Shown in pieces: positions 9,403 to 19,529 of a stretch of 64,000 bases of DNA. Origin of the DNA: an uncultured Planctomycetota bacterium (GTDB taxonomy: Bacteria; Planctomycetota; Planctomycetia; Gemmatales; HRBIN36); the NCBI GenBank assembly GCA_937944855.1, contig CALFAY010000022.1:14507-78506 (forward strand), written 5' to 3'. Below the pieces are notes generated by a model. It searched no databases, was not told where the DNA came from, and worked only from the letters and a program-made list of their open reading frames with translations. A program made the translations under genes and the position numbers. Each line of letters begins with the position of its first letter. The stretch's first letter is position 1.

Positions 9403-10749
9403 ATGGTCGTGGTCGGCGAAGCGTTGAAGATCGACATTAAAGCTCTGTTTCTGGAGAAGGAAGATTGCGACGCCGGAACAGTGCAACAGTTGCGAAACGG
9501 CCTGGCCCAGGGCAAGGGCCAGTTCAAGGCCCTGCGCGAGGCTGTGGAGGCGATGAAGTCCCGCTTGGCCGCCTCTGCCCCGCCCCAGGCCAAGAAGTGG
9601 CATTTGAAGCTCGGCATCGCCTGCTATTTCCTCGGACGCATCAAGGAAGCCGCTGAACATCTCTCCCATGCCGATACGCCCCTGGCCCTGTTCTATCTGG
9701 GCAAATCGCTGTTGTCGTTGGAGAAGTACGCCGAGGCCCTGCAAGCCTTCGACCGGGCCGAGAAGGCCGGCTACACGGCCAGCCAGGTCAACCTCCAGCG
9801 CGTGGCCGTCTATCGCCGCCAGGGGCACCTGAAGCAGGCCCGGGCCCTGCTCGGCAAGCTCGAAGATCTCAGCACGCACAGCGGCGAGTATCATTTCCAA
9901 CTGGCCTGTCTGTTGCTTGACGAGGGCGACCGCAGTCAGGCCATCCGCCACTTCGAGCGCGCCGCCGAACTGGATCCGACTCACTCCGGCGCCCTGTTTC
10001 ATCTCGGCTATTTCAACGACTTGTACGGCAACGACACCGACGCGATCTCCTACTACGAACGGGCCGTGGCCCAGCTTCCCGCTCACCTCGGGGCCTTGAC
10101 CAACCTGGGCATCCTCTACGAGGACCAGGGCCAGTACGACAAGGCGGTCAAGATCTACCAGCGGATCCTGGACGTGATTCCCAACGAGGAACGGGCCAGG
10201 CTGTTTCACAAGGACGCCGCCGCGTCGCAGACCATGTACTACGACGAGGAAGCGGCCAAGACCTTCGACAAGTTCTCGCAGGTGCTGGAAACGCCAGTCA
10301 CGGACTTTGAGCTTTCCGTCCGCGCCCGCAATTGTCTCCGCAAGATGAACATCCGCACGCTCGGCGACCTGACCCGCGTCACCGAGCAGCAGTTGCTCAG
10401 CAGCAAGAACTTCGGCGAGACTTCGCTCCAGGAAATCAAGGAGATGATGGCGGCCAAGGGACTGCGGCTCGGGCAGGCGCTCGAAGAGGGAGCGAAGTAC
10501 GACAACCGCTTCCGCCCGCAGACCCAGCTATCCGAAGCGGAGCAGGCCGTTCTCAACAAACCCGTGGCCGATCTCAACCTCTCCGTCCGCGCCCGCAAGT
10601 GCATGAACAAGCTCGGCATCACCACGCTGGGCGAACTGATCCAGCGGACGGCCGATGAACTGCTGGAAATCAAGAACTTCGGCCACACTTCGCTCAACGA
10701 GGTCCGGGAGAAACTGGCGGCTCACGGACTGAAGCTCCGCGGGGATTGA
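9403..10749 (+). CDS. TPR-repeat protein with two RNA polymerase alpha C-terminal domains
   Basis: TPR-like helical repeats followed by two alpha-CTD signatures (LSVRARNCL...KNFGETSL and LSVRARKCM...KNFGHTSL). Confidence 0.88.
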   Translation: MVVVGEALKIDIKALFLEKEDCDAGTVQQLRNGLAQGKGQFKALREAVEAMKSRLAASAPPQAKKWHLKLGIACYFLGRIKEAAEHLSHADTPLALFYLGKSLLSLEKYAEALQAFDRAEKAGYTASQVNLQRVAVYRRQGHLKQARALLGKLEDLSTHSGEYHFQLACLLLDEGDRSQAIRHFERAAELDPTHSGALFHLGYFNDLYGNDTDAISYYERAVAQLPAHLGALTNLGILYEDQGQYDKAVKIYQRILDVIPNEERARLFHKDAAASQTMYYDEEAAKTFDKFSQVLETPVTDFELSVRARNCLRKMNIRTLGDLTRVTEQQLLSSKNFGETSLQEIKEMMAAKGLRLGQALEEGAKYDNRFRPQTQLSEAEQAVLNKPVADLNLSVRARKCMNKLGITTLGELIQRTADELLEIKNFGHTSLNEVREKLAAHGLKLRGD

Positions 10750-10750
10750 G

Positions 10751-11875
10751 ATGCCCTTCGCCTTCGAGGTCCTGGCGCGGGACGGGTCGGCTCGCCGGGG
10801 CCGACTCGTCACCCCGCACGGCAGCGTGGACACCCCCGTCTTCATGCCCGTCGGCACTCAGGCCACGGTCAAAGGGCTGACCCCGGAACAATTGGAAAAC
10901 CTCGGCGTCCAGATCCTCTTGGGCAACACCTACCACCTGGCTTTACGACCCGGGGCCGATCTCATCGCCGAGGCCGGGGGATTGCATCGCTTCATGGGAT
11001 GGACCCGGGCCATCCTCACCGACAGCGGCGGCTTCCAGATTTACAGTCTGGCCCCGACGCGGACCATCACCGACCACGGGGCCGCGTTCCGCTCCCACAT
11101 CGACGGGGCTTTGTTCGAACTGACGCCGGAAGAGGCCGTGCGAATTCAGGAGCAACTCGGTTCCGACATCGCCATGTGTCTGGACGAGTGCCCGCCATTC
11201 GGCACGCCGCCGGATCGGTTGCGGGAAGCGGTGCGACGCACCATTCACTGGGCGGAGCGTTGCCGGGACGCCCATCGGCGAGGCGATCAGGCTCTCTTCG
11301 CCATTGTGCAGGGAGCGACCGATCTCGACCTGCGCGCGGAATGCGCCGCTGCCCTTGTTGCAATGGATTTTCCTGGCTACGCGCTGGGAGGCTTCAGCGT
11401 CGGCGAGACGCCGGAACAGATGCGGGCCGTGCTCCAGCCCTCGGCCGCTTTATTGCCGGAAAACAAACCTCGCTACCTCATGGGCGTTGGCCGACCTGTC
11501 GACATCCTCGATGCCGTGGCCGTCGGCGTGGACATGTTCGATTGTATTCTGCCGACCCGCAACGGCCGAAACGCCCAGGCTTTCACCCGCTCCGGCCCGC
11601 TCAAGCTGCGCAACGCCGCTTTTCGCCGCGATCCCCGTCCCGTCGAGGAGGATTGCACCTGCCCCGCCTGCCGCCGCTTTTCCCGAGCGTATCTCCATCA
11701 CCTGTTCAACGTGGACGAAATGCTCGGGCCGATCCTGTTGAGTCTGCACAACATCGCTCACTACCTGCGGCTCATGAGCGACATCCGCCATGCCATCGAA
11801 CAAGGCCGCTTCGCTCAGTTTCATGCGGAAATGAGGAGACGGCTCGACGGATCGCTCGAAGAATCGCAAAGCTGA
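10751..11875 (+). CDS. tgt: tRNA guanosine(34) transglycosylase
   Basis: TPVFMPVGT, TDSGGFQ, YLMGVG, DMFDC, zinc site CTCPAC. Confidence 0.97.
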   Translation: MPFAFEVLARDGSARRGRLVTPHGSVDTPVFMPVGTQATVKGLTPEQLENLGVQILLGNTYHLALRPGADLIAEAGGLHRFMGWTRAILTDSGGFQIYSLAPTRTITDHGAAFRSHIDGALFELTPEEAVRIQEQLGSDIAMCLDECPPFGTPPDRLREAVRRTIHWAERCRDAHRRGDQALFAIVQGATDLDLRAECAAALVAMDFPGYALGGFSVGETPEQMRAVLQPSAALLPENKPRYLMGVGRPVDILDAVAVGVDMFDCILPTRNGRNAQAFTRSGPLKLRNAAFRRDPRPVEEDCTCPACRRFSRAYLHHLFNVDEMLGPILLSLHNIAHYLRLMSDIRHAIEQGRFAQFHAEMRRRLDGSLEESQS

Positions 11876-12013
11876 CTTGGGCTTTCAGCATCTTCTCATT
11901 TCACCACGAATTGCCAACACGCACCTTGAGCCGTCGCACGGAAAGATGTTACCCTGACTGAGTCGAGAGACGCAGCAGTCTTCGGTTCCCGTGAGGGGGA
12001 GGCGATCAAAGCC

Positions 12014-12853
12014 ATGAGGTTCGTTGTTTTTGCCGTCGCACCAGTGGGTTTCTTACTCGCTGTCACGTTGCTGGGCGGACGGGAGCCGGAGGGCCGACCC
12101 GCTGCCGAGCGCACGGTCGTCAGCCCGCCGCCGGAAACGCTCAAGCTCGATGCGTTCTACGCCAAGTATGTTGACGCCGGGGGCGTTCCCATCATCAGTT
12201 CGGGCAAGGTGCCGGACGACGCTTTATTCATGGCCGCTGACCTGGTGCTGCGGATGCTCGACCGTCGCCCCGATGTCCTCAAGGCCCTGGCGGAAAACAA
12301 GGTCCGCGTCGCCGTGATGGCCAAGACCGAACTCACCACCGACATCCCCGAGCACAGCCGCCTGCGTCCCAAGGAGTACTGGGACAAGCGGGCCCGCGGG
12401 CTGGGCGGTACGCCCCACATTCCCACCACCAGCTGTGCCGAGGAAAATCTGCTCGGCTACAAAGACGACCGCTATTGCGGCGAGAGCATCCTCGTCCACG
12501 AGTTCGCCCACACCATCCACGAAGTCGGCCTGGCCGCACTGGACCGCCAGTTTGATGCGCGGCTGAAGCGGATCTACGACCAGGCCATGAGCCGGGGGCT
12601 GTGGAAGCAGACCTACGCGGCCACCGATCACAAGGAGTATTGGGCCGAGGGGGTCCAGAGCTATTTCGACTGCAATCTGCACGCTGACCCGCCCAACGGG
12701 AATCACAACCACGTTCGGACGCGGGAGCAGTTGTGGGAGTACGATCCCGACTTATTTGATCTGATCGATGAGGTTTTCGTCCGCAATCCTTGGCGGTGGG
12801 TTCCCAACGGTGCTCACGCCAAGAAATGGCCCAAGAAAGAGCAGCAGAAGTGA
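12014..12853 (+). CDS. Secreted zinc metallopeptidase (HExxH...E gluzincin-like)
   Basis: Signal-like N-terminus; VHEFAH and EYWAEG motifs. Confidence 0.75.
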   Translation: MRFVVFAVAPVGFLLAVTLLGGREPEGRPAAERTVVSPPPETLKLDAFYAKYVDAGGVPIISSGKVPDDALFMAADLVLRMLDRRPDVLKALAENKVRVAVMAKTELTTDIPEHSRLRPKEYWDKRARGLGGTPHIPTTSCAEENLLGYKDDRYCGESILVHEFAHTIHEVGLAALDRQFDARLKRIYDQAMSRGLWKQTYAATDHKEYWAEGVQSYFDCNLHADPPNGNHNHVRTREQLWEYDPDLFDLIDEVFVRNPWRWVPNGAHAKKWPKKEQQK

Positions 12854-12866
12854 CCGCCCAGACACC

Positions 12867-13063
12867 GAAAAATGTTGCGCGACATTTGTTGCGCAGGACT
12901 GCTTTCGATGCGCCAGCACGGTATGGAAGGACATGGGGAACGGAGTCGGTCCTGTGTCACAACTCGTTGTTGTGGAAGGGGTTCAGAGATTCGGTAGATT
13001 GCGACGAAGTGGGTGGCGCGGAAGCACAGAACAGCGGTTTGGTGCGTAGAAAGAATGTTGCGC
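12867..13063. promoter_or_regulatory. Cluster of TGTTGCGC motifs (putative protein-binding sites)
   Basis: GAAAAATGTTGCGC (12867-12880), ATTTGTTGCGC (12884-12894), AATGTTGCGC (13054-13063). Same motif occurs in reverse at about 50045-50554. Confidence 0.5.
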
Positions 13064-13250
13064 CCCCGATCCGGGCGTATCGGCATGGGGGAAGGAATCA
13101 GCCGGATGCTGCCGGGGTTCCGTCTCTTGTCCGCGGCGAGCGGGTTCGGATATACTGACAGTGTGCCAAGGTATCGTCCGAAGCTCCCGCCCGACAACGA
13201 GCCATCCGACTGAGTCTTTCAAGTAAGCGAGCCTCCGAAGGAGAATCATC

Positions 13251-13553
13251 ATGACGCCGCTTTTTGGTCTGTTCAACCTGGGACCGCCGGAAATCATCAT
13301 CATTCTGGTGGTGGGCATCCTGCTGTTCGGCCGACGGCTTCCGGAGGTGGGTCGCTACCTCGGCCGAGGCATCGTCGAGTTCAAGAAGGGCATCAAGGGC
13401 GTCGAGGATGACATCGACGTGCAGGCGACCGGCAACTACGGCGGACAGGGTTACCAGGCTCCGGAACCGCCGCGACCGCCGCAACGGGTCGGTGCCAGCG
13501 GCCCGAAGTTCGAGGAACAACCCGTTGACAGCGAGGGCAAGGCCCGCTACTAA
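13251..13553 (+). CDS. tatA: Twin-arginine translocase TatA/TatE family subunit
   Basis: GPPEIIIILVVGILLFGRRLPEVGRYLGRGIVEFKKG; RBS GAAGGAG upstream. Confidence 0.93.
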   Translation: MTPLFGLFNLGPPEIIIILVVGILLFGRRLPEVGRYLGRGIVEFKKGIKGVEDDIDVQATGNYGGQGYQAPEPPRPPQRVGASGPKFEEQPVDSEGKARY

Positions 13554-13581
13554 GGTGGCATCGGGGAAACCGGCAGCTACA

Positions 13582-13655
13582 GGGCTGTTAGCTCAGCTGG
13601 CTAGAGCGCACGGATCACACCCGTGAGGTCGGGGGTTCGAATCCCTCACAGCCCA
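13582..13655 (+). tRNA. tRNA-Val (anticodon CAC)
   Basis: Cloverleaf: GGGCTGT/ACAGCCC acceptor stem, GCTC/GAGC D-stem, CACGG-ATCACAC-CCGTG anticodon arm, TTCGAAT T-loop; CCA not encoded. Confidence 0.96.
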
Positions 13656-14079
13656 ATGATCGCATGTTCACTATATGGCACTTTGCGAAATCCTCCGGAA
13701 AACAAGGCATTTCGGTAGGATATCCCGTCCCACCGTTGGTTTCGATCCACGATTTCCTTGGTTTGGCTCAGCCGGGCTGTGGCGACGTGGCGGGGGAACG
13801 TCCGGGCTAGTTCCTTTGTCCGTGTGTTGCGGAGCGACAGAAACAGCTTCGGCCAAGGTTCGATGCTGCCTCATTCCCATTTTGGTTGAACCGTTCGGGA
13901 AGCGGGGCACGGGGCGGTAAAGGCTTGCATGGGCGAGACTTCGCAAACAGCAAGCATTCCCCGGCCGATGCTCAAGGCGTTACGGTCCATCGGCCTAGTA
14001 CTGCTCGATCAGTGCGCGGAACTTGGGGTGGGTGCCGCAACGATGTCTTGAACCCACCAGTACCATATAGGCCAAGGTC

Positions 14080-14420
14080 AGAATCAGCGGCAGGTGGTCG
14101 AAGCGTTCTGCCTTCGTCACCTGGATCTTTCGCAAGTTCAAGGTCGGCCTGCTGGTCGGCAAGCACACCTGGGGCGGCTTGGTCGTCGTGTCCAGCTACC
14201 CGATGTTAAAGGACTGTGGCAACCTGACCGCTCCGAACATTTCCTTCTGGGCACCCGAAAAAGGTTTCACCGTGGAAAACGTCGGTGTCCCACCGGACTG
14301 CGACGTCGAGATCTGGCTCAAAGACTGGATCGCCGGCCGCGACCTCCAGTGTGAAAAGGCCATTGAGCTGCCGCTGGCCGCCCTGAAGCAGAACCTGCCC
14401 AGGCAAGATCAGCGGCCTGC
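14080..14420 (+). pseudogene. C-terminal fragment of tricorn-like S41 protease
   Basis: Reads WIFRKFKVGLLVGKHTWGGLV...TAPN...VENVGVPPDCDVE...GRDLQCEKAIE, the tricorn C-terminal pattern. N-terminal part is absent and the upstream frame is shifted. Boundaries approximate. Confidence 0.75.
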
Positions 14421-14476
14421 CTTATCCCGAGCGGGCGGTGGTCGAATAGTTCCCTTGAGTCACGACGAGCGCCGGC

Positions 14477-17400
14477 TCAGCGGACGGGCACTTCGTAAAT
14501 ATGCAGGGCGACGGGAGCGTTGCCGTATCCGCTTCGCTCTCCCCCGTAACGCTGATACAGATCGACGCCGCGGAAGTCGTCGACGAAATAGCCATCTTCG
14601 GCGATGATCTGGCGATCCTCAAACAGGACACGCACTCGGGTTCCCTTTTTCAGGCCGGCGACCTGGATGCGGACCGCGGCCAGCGTCTCGGGAGCCGGTC
14701 GATCCTCATGGACGCCGAAGACGATTTCCTCTTTGCCGTCGGAGCTTACTAACGCGGTGTCCGACCACCAAACCCGTCCGCCGTGGTGGGCGAAAGCCAC
14801 CCCGTCGAGCAGCTTGCCGGAGGCGTGCAATGTCTGGAGGGGGACTTCCAGTTTGACCCAATCCCCGGCCGTGGGCGGATCGCCCATGTCGGCGGCCTCG
14901 GCGGGCAGATAGGCGAGGGCATACGGAGGCGCTGCTTCTCCCCAACCGAGGAATCCCGGAGCGTGGCGGTAAAACGTCCGCAGGAACCAGAGGGCCAGGC
15001 GATTGTTTGACCGGATCAAGGGCAGCGGATTGGGCCCCCAGGAGGCGGCGTGGGTCCACCGTCCGTCGGCCTTGACCAGGGCCAAAAGGCTTCTGGGCTG
15101 CGCTTTCGGGTCGAGCTTGATCCAAGTGACCAGTTTGCTGCCGGCGGGCCAGGCTTTCGGCTCGATGAGGTACTGGATGCCGTGGGGAACAAGGAGTTGC
15201 AGGTTCGCGTCGCTGGCTGCGTGGGAGCCGTCTGATTCTGCGCGAACGACAGAGGGATCGGCTGTCACTCGGGCGGCTTTGCCGTCCACGAGGCCGGCAG
15301 GCCGCCACTGGCCGAAGCTCATGCCGTGCGTACTGGCGGCGATGATCAGCACCGAGTCGGCCTGACGGCGCACCAGGTGTTCCAGTGGCGGCTGGATGGT
15401 GACGTCTGGCGGCCGCTCCTTGGAATACAGCGCCGGCTGCAAGCGTTTCAATTCGGCATGCAGCCCGCGGAATGTCGAAGCGTCCCCGGGCCCGTGCGCG
15501 ACCTGCCAGCCACGAGCGCCGCGAATCAACTCGACGTAGACATGGTAGCGCCAACGCTCGTACGGGACGCTTTCGTACATCTGCGGCCGAAGCCAGACCA
15601 CTTTGCCTTTCCCTGCGAAGAGCGGCTTCATGTCGGTGTGCAGCGGCGCGGGGTAGAGCGGCTCAGTCTCAGGATCATAAATGTCAAAGAAGGGGACGCG
15701 TTCAAACTCCAGACGATTCCAGTAGCCGCCGTGCCCGACCATGACCGGCTTGTTCGTAGCCCGGCGCAGCTCCTCAACTTCCGACTTCAGGTCGTCGATC
15801 TGGTTCTGAGACAGGGGGGTGAAATAGCCGAAGGCCTCTTCCGGACCGCGCGAGACCGAAGCGACCATCGGGGCCGTTCGCAGGTAATCGAGCAGGTCCT
15901 TCGGCCAGGGACCGTGCGCCCGGGGCGGCAGAAACACGGTGGAGGCGTAGAGGTTCTTCTTCCACATGGCTTCGAGCTGCTCCCGGCCGATCTTCGGCCC
16001 TTCGACCAGGCGCAGGCAGTTGCCGTCCCACAGCGACCGTTCGCCCAAGTTGCCCCCGTGGCGGTCATAAAGGCTCCAGGCAGAGAGGTTCGCCAAGTCA
16101 TGGTATTTGTCGGCTTCCGCTGGCCCGTCGTAGACAGGGTTGTGCCCGTAGGTGACGCCCCAGGGGATCCACGGTTTGTCGTTGATGAGGAAGTCGCCGT
16201 CGGCGTTGATCCGGACCGATTGGATCGGCGGCTGCGGTTCATCATGGGCCAGTCGGCAAAACGGGGGCGAGGTCATGCTCCAGCCTGGCTTGCCATCGAC
16301 GTCGATGGTCGTGACGCGAACCAGCCAGTTCCGCTGCGGGTCATGGAAGGGCTGAACGGGGAGAAACGCGACGTCGAGATCCTTCAGGAGCAGATTGCGG
16401 AAATCGTCGCGCAGGCCGTCAGGGATCTTCGTCCGTTGTCGTTCGATCGCGGCAAGCGTCGCCGGGAGGGTCAGCGCGTGGAGCGATTCGCCCGTTCCTC
16501 GGCGAAGGACTTCGACCCGGAGCGCCTGAACCCGAGCCATCTCGGCTGCTGTCAGCCCCAGAGTGACGCGGACGAATTGTTTTTGGTTCGGGCGCAGATA
16601 CAGGGCACCGAGTTCGAGGTCGATCGGGACGGTCCAGGTGGACAAGTCGAAGTCCGAAGAGGCCAGGGTGCGGCCGTCGGCGTCCACAAGTCGCAAGCGG
16701 GCGGGACGGCGCGAGTACGGGACGTCCGGCTGGCTCAGGGTGTACGGCACGGCGACACGGACGCGTTCCCCGCGGCGGACCGTCAACGTGCCCGTCTGGG
16801 AGGAGCGGACATCGTCGCCGTCCGCAACGTCGAGAGCAACGCGGAAGGAACCATCTGGCCCTGGATTGACCAGTTCCGCAGTCAGTTCATTGCGGCCGAG
16901 CAGGACTTCGCCAAGATCGACGTGTTCCAGACGCGGACCGGCACGAGAATCCGGTTCGTTCACCGGCCTCCCGCGCGGCGGGTCGTCGGGGGCGTTCGGG
17001 ATCAGATACACGGCGACGTCGTCCCACCAGATGACGCCCGCGGCGTTCTGCTGCGGCTGATGGCCGGTGTCGTCCAGGGTGTAGCCGTTCATCCCGCGGG
17101 CGCACAGCTTCACTCGGATCGACTTCAACGCCTCCGTCGGCCGGAAAACCTGACGCACCAGTCGCCAGTCGTTGGTCCCGATCGAGAGTGGATTTTTGTG
17201 GATGAAGTTGAAACCGTCGAGTCGGCGGCCGATCTCGTCCTCGGCGTCGATCTGCATCATGCAGAGGCGGTCGGTCTTGATCCAGGCGCGCACCTCGATG
17301 AATTGGGCCTCGGGCAAGCCCAGGGGGACTGGATCGCTGACCACGCAGACTTCATCTCCGCTCGGGACGACCATCCGCAGGCTGTTTCGGCCGCGATGGG

Positions 17401-18319
17401 GGATGAGCGAATCGACGGCGACGGAGCCGCGATTATCCGAATTGCTGTTATGCCAGGTATTGAAGATGTAATAAATGCCCGGGGGAAAAGAGCGGTACTT
17501 CCTGGGTCCGGACCAGCCGGACGGGCGTCCGTCGCGGAGTTCCTCGAAGCCGCCGTTCGGGAGAAGATTGCCAGTGCGGGCGGGGATTTCCAGGGTCGCC
17601 TCGTGCAATTCGATCGAGCCGCTATGCTTGTCGGCCACGGCGATTTCACAGGTTGCGCCCATCGGGATTAGGGCGCCTTGCGAAGCGAAAGCGGGGTCCT
17701 TGCGGGCTGTCTCAAGCCAGGCACTCGCCGGGAGCTTTACCTCAATCCACTGGTCGCGATACGTTCCAGCCGGCACAGGAGCAGAAGCTGCTACGATTCG
17801 CTTCGTGCCGAGCGGATCATCCACCGGCGACGCGCCATTCCAGGCGACGATGACGGTCGCCGCCTGAGCTGGGAGATTATCGGCACTCAGTCGGACGCGG
17901 AACGTCAGGTCGCTGACCAAGGCGAGGGGGTTTTTGCTGCGGACCGCTTCCGCCGCCGGATAGCCCCCTGCGTCGGGCCAGCCTTCCAGTTTGGAAGGGT
18001 TGTTGATGGTCACCCAGTTGACCGACTGCACGGCGCGCGACGGCGAGGCGAGAGTTAGGCGGCGTCGGCCGCGCGGTTGGTCGGCGTCCAGCCAGCGCCA
18101 GGTTCCGCTCAGCCGCCAGCCGTCCGGGTTGTAATCCCGGCGGTTGTACACCTCGGTCGTGTAATTCCAGTGGTGGTTCTTCAGCTCCGGCAGCAACGTC
18201 AGCCAATCGTCCTGAAAGTCGCCGTTGCGGAGCAAGTTGCCGTCGCCCCACGCCGGCCCAACAAGCAGAACGAGCGAGACCAGCAGGGAACAGAACAAAG
18301 GAGAGACTTGGTGCCTCAT
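14477..18319 (-). CDS. Large secreted hypothetical protein with carbohydrate-binding-like domains
   Basis: Start reassigned to MRHQVSPLFCSLLVSLVLLVGPAWG (signal peptide); NLLRNGDF and NLLPNGGFE CBM-like domain starts; about 1280 aa. Confidence 0.8.
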   Translation of the reverse strand: MRHQVSPLFCSLLVSLVLLVGPAWGDGNLLRNGDFQDDWLTLLPELKNHHWNYTTEVYNRRDYNPDGWRLSGTWRWLDADQPRGRRRLTLASPSRAVQSVNWVTINNPSKLEGWPDAGGYPAAEAVRSKNPLALVSDLTFRVRLSADNLPAQAATVIVAWNGASPVDDPLGTKRIVAASAPVPAGTYRDQWIEVKLPASAWLETARKDPAFASQGALIPMGATCEIAVADKHSGSIELHEATLEIPARTGNLLPNGGFEELRDGRPSGWSGPRKYRSFPPGIYYIFNTWHNSNSDNRGSVAVDSLIPHRGRNSLRMVVPSGDEVCVVSDPVPLGLPEAQFIEVRAWIKTDRLCMMQIDAEDEIGRRLDGFNFIHKNPLSIGTNDWRLVRQVFRPTEALKSIRVKLCARGMNGYTLDDTGHQPQQNAAGVIWWDDVAVYLIPNAPDDPPRGRPVNEPDSRAGPRLEHVDLGEVLLGRNELTAELVNPGPDGSFRVALDVADGDDVRSSQTGTLTVRRGERVRVAVPYTLSQPDVPYSRRPARLRLVDADGRTLASSDFDLSTWTVPIDLELGALYLRPNQKQFVRVTLGLTAAEMARVQALRVEVLRRGTGESLHALTLPATLAAIERQRTKIPDGLRDDFRNLLLKDLDVAFLPVQPFHDPQRNWLVRVTTIDVDGKPGWSMTSPPFCRLAHDEPQPPIQSVRINADGDFLINDKPWIPWGVTYGHNPVYDGPAEADKYHDLANLSAWSLYDRHGGNLGERSLWDGNCLRLVEGPKIGREQLEAMWKKNLYASTVFLPPRAHGPWPKDLLDYLRTAPMVASVSRGPEEAFGYFTPLSQNQIDDLKSEVEELRRATNKPVMVGHGGYWNRLEFERVPFFDIYDPETEPLYPAPLHTDMKPLFAGKGKVVWLRPQMYESVPYERWRYHVYVELIRGARGWQVAHGPGDASTFRGLHAELKRLQPALYSKERPPDVTIQPPLEHLVRRQADSVLIIAASTHGMSFGQWRPAGLVDGKAARVTADPSVVRAESDGSHAASDANLQLLVPHGIQYLIEPKAWPAGSKLVTWIKLDPKAQPRSLLALVKADGRWTHAASWGPNPLPLIRSNNRLALWFLRTFYRHAPGFLGWGEAAPPYALAYLPAEAADMGDPPTAGDWVKLEVPLQTLHASGKLLDGVAFAHHGGRVWWSDTALVSSDGKEEIVFGVHEDRPAPETLAAVRIQVAGLKKGTRVRVLFEDRQIIAEDGYFVDDFRGVDLYQRYGGERSGYGNAPVALHIYEVPVR

Positions 18320-18856
18320 CGCGGCACTCGCGGCGGGGTTCGGGCGGGCGATGTCGGGTGATGTTCTACGGACCTGAGGGTGAACCGAACATCCTGCTGC
18401 ATCGGGTCGGTCGTGCGGTAGTCCAGGTCGCGGAGCTTGCGGCCCAGGCTTTTCCTCGAGTTGCTGGGTGACGGTCAGGTTGATCGCGGCGGGTGGGCCA
18501 GCCGCGGCTCGGCCGGTGGGGGAGCGAGGCGCGACTGGTACGGCCGGCCCGTGCGGCTCGCTTCCGCCATCGCCTCGTAAATCTCCAGGATGACTCGCTT
18601 CGTGCGGTACTCGCCGTACTGCTCTTCGTCCTTGCGGCGAACGATGGGGAAGGTGTCCAGGATGTAGGCCGCGTCGTCCCGGCTGATGCCGTAGAGGTGG
18701 AAAAACGCCGCGTCGAGTTCGCACCGCAGCAGGAAACGTCGCTCGGGATCCCAGCGGAACGGCGGGCCGGCGTAGCCGCAATCCTCCGCGAACGGCTGCA
18801 TGTCCCAGGCGGTGTAGAGCAGCTCCAGGACCCGCGGCAGCAGCCAGGAGGAGAGT

Positions 18857-18914
18857 GAGTCGGGAGTGGGGAGTCGGGACTCGGGAGTCGGGCTGACCGC
18901 CACTCCCCGTTCCC
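18857..18914. repeat. Heptamer tandem repeat A (GAGTCGG/GAGTGGG), in frame within the methyltransferase
   Basis: gagtcgg gagtggg gagtcgg gactcgg gagtcgg, then cactccc; encodes SPTPESRLPTPDS. Confidence 0.85.
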
Positions 18915-19304
18915 AGGGGCACGGCTGAGCGTAGGTTTCGGGCGGAAGAACGGGGAGTTGCTTGTAGATGAAGAAGTTGAGTGATGACCCGCCCATTTTT
19001 TGACGCGATACATAGTCATAAACAAACGCAGAAAGATTTGCTAAAAGGCAACCTGCGCAACCTGTGTGAGTATCAGCTATTAACATCAAAGGCACTTTGT
19101 TCCCCACGCCCACACGCGGCAGGAGGCTGGCGATGACGGTGCGTTCGTTGGTGGTGTTGGTGATGTCGCGCCAGCCGAGGAGCCAGGGGCGATCCCATTT
19201 GTCCTCCAGGCGGGCTTCGACTTCGGCCGCGGGCACCCAGTACCGCGGTTGCACCTGAAACTGCGGATCGCGTTTCTCTTGCGCGGTGCCTTCCCGCACC
19301 CCCT

Positions 19305-19332
19305 CTCCCGACTCCCGACTCCCCACTCCCCC
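19305..19332. repeat. Heptamer tandem repeat B (CTCCCGA), inverted relative to A
   Basis: ctcccga ctcccga ctcccca ctccccc; encodes GGVGSRESGE. Confidence 0.8.
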
Positions 19333-19529
19333 CTCATACGTCGCCCAGCGGTGATCGAACTGGTGCAGCATCTTCGCTTCGTACAGCGGCAGGTACTCGC
19401 GCCCGCCTTGGCGGAAGACATTCCCGTCCAACTGCCAGCCGTCCTTCTCCAACTGCTCCCGCGTGCGGAACAGGTGCGAGTCGTTGGCCATATGGAACAT
19501 CGCCAGGAACTTCACGCCCCAGGGGTTGG

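Noticed and set aside
18320-18922. N-terminal 200 aa of the 1481-aa ORF
   Set aside because: Alternate-frame overlap with the methyltransferase 3' end; the real start with a signal peptide is at 18319.
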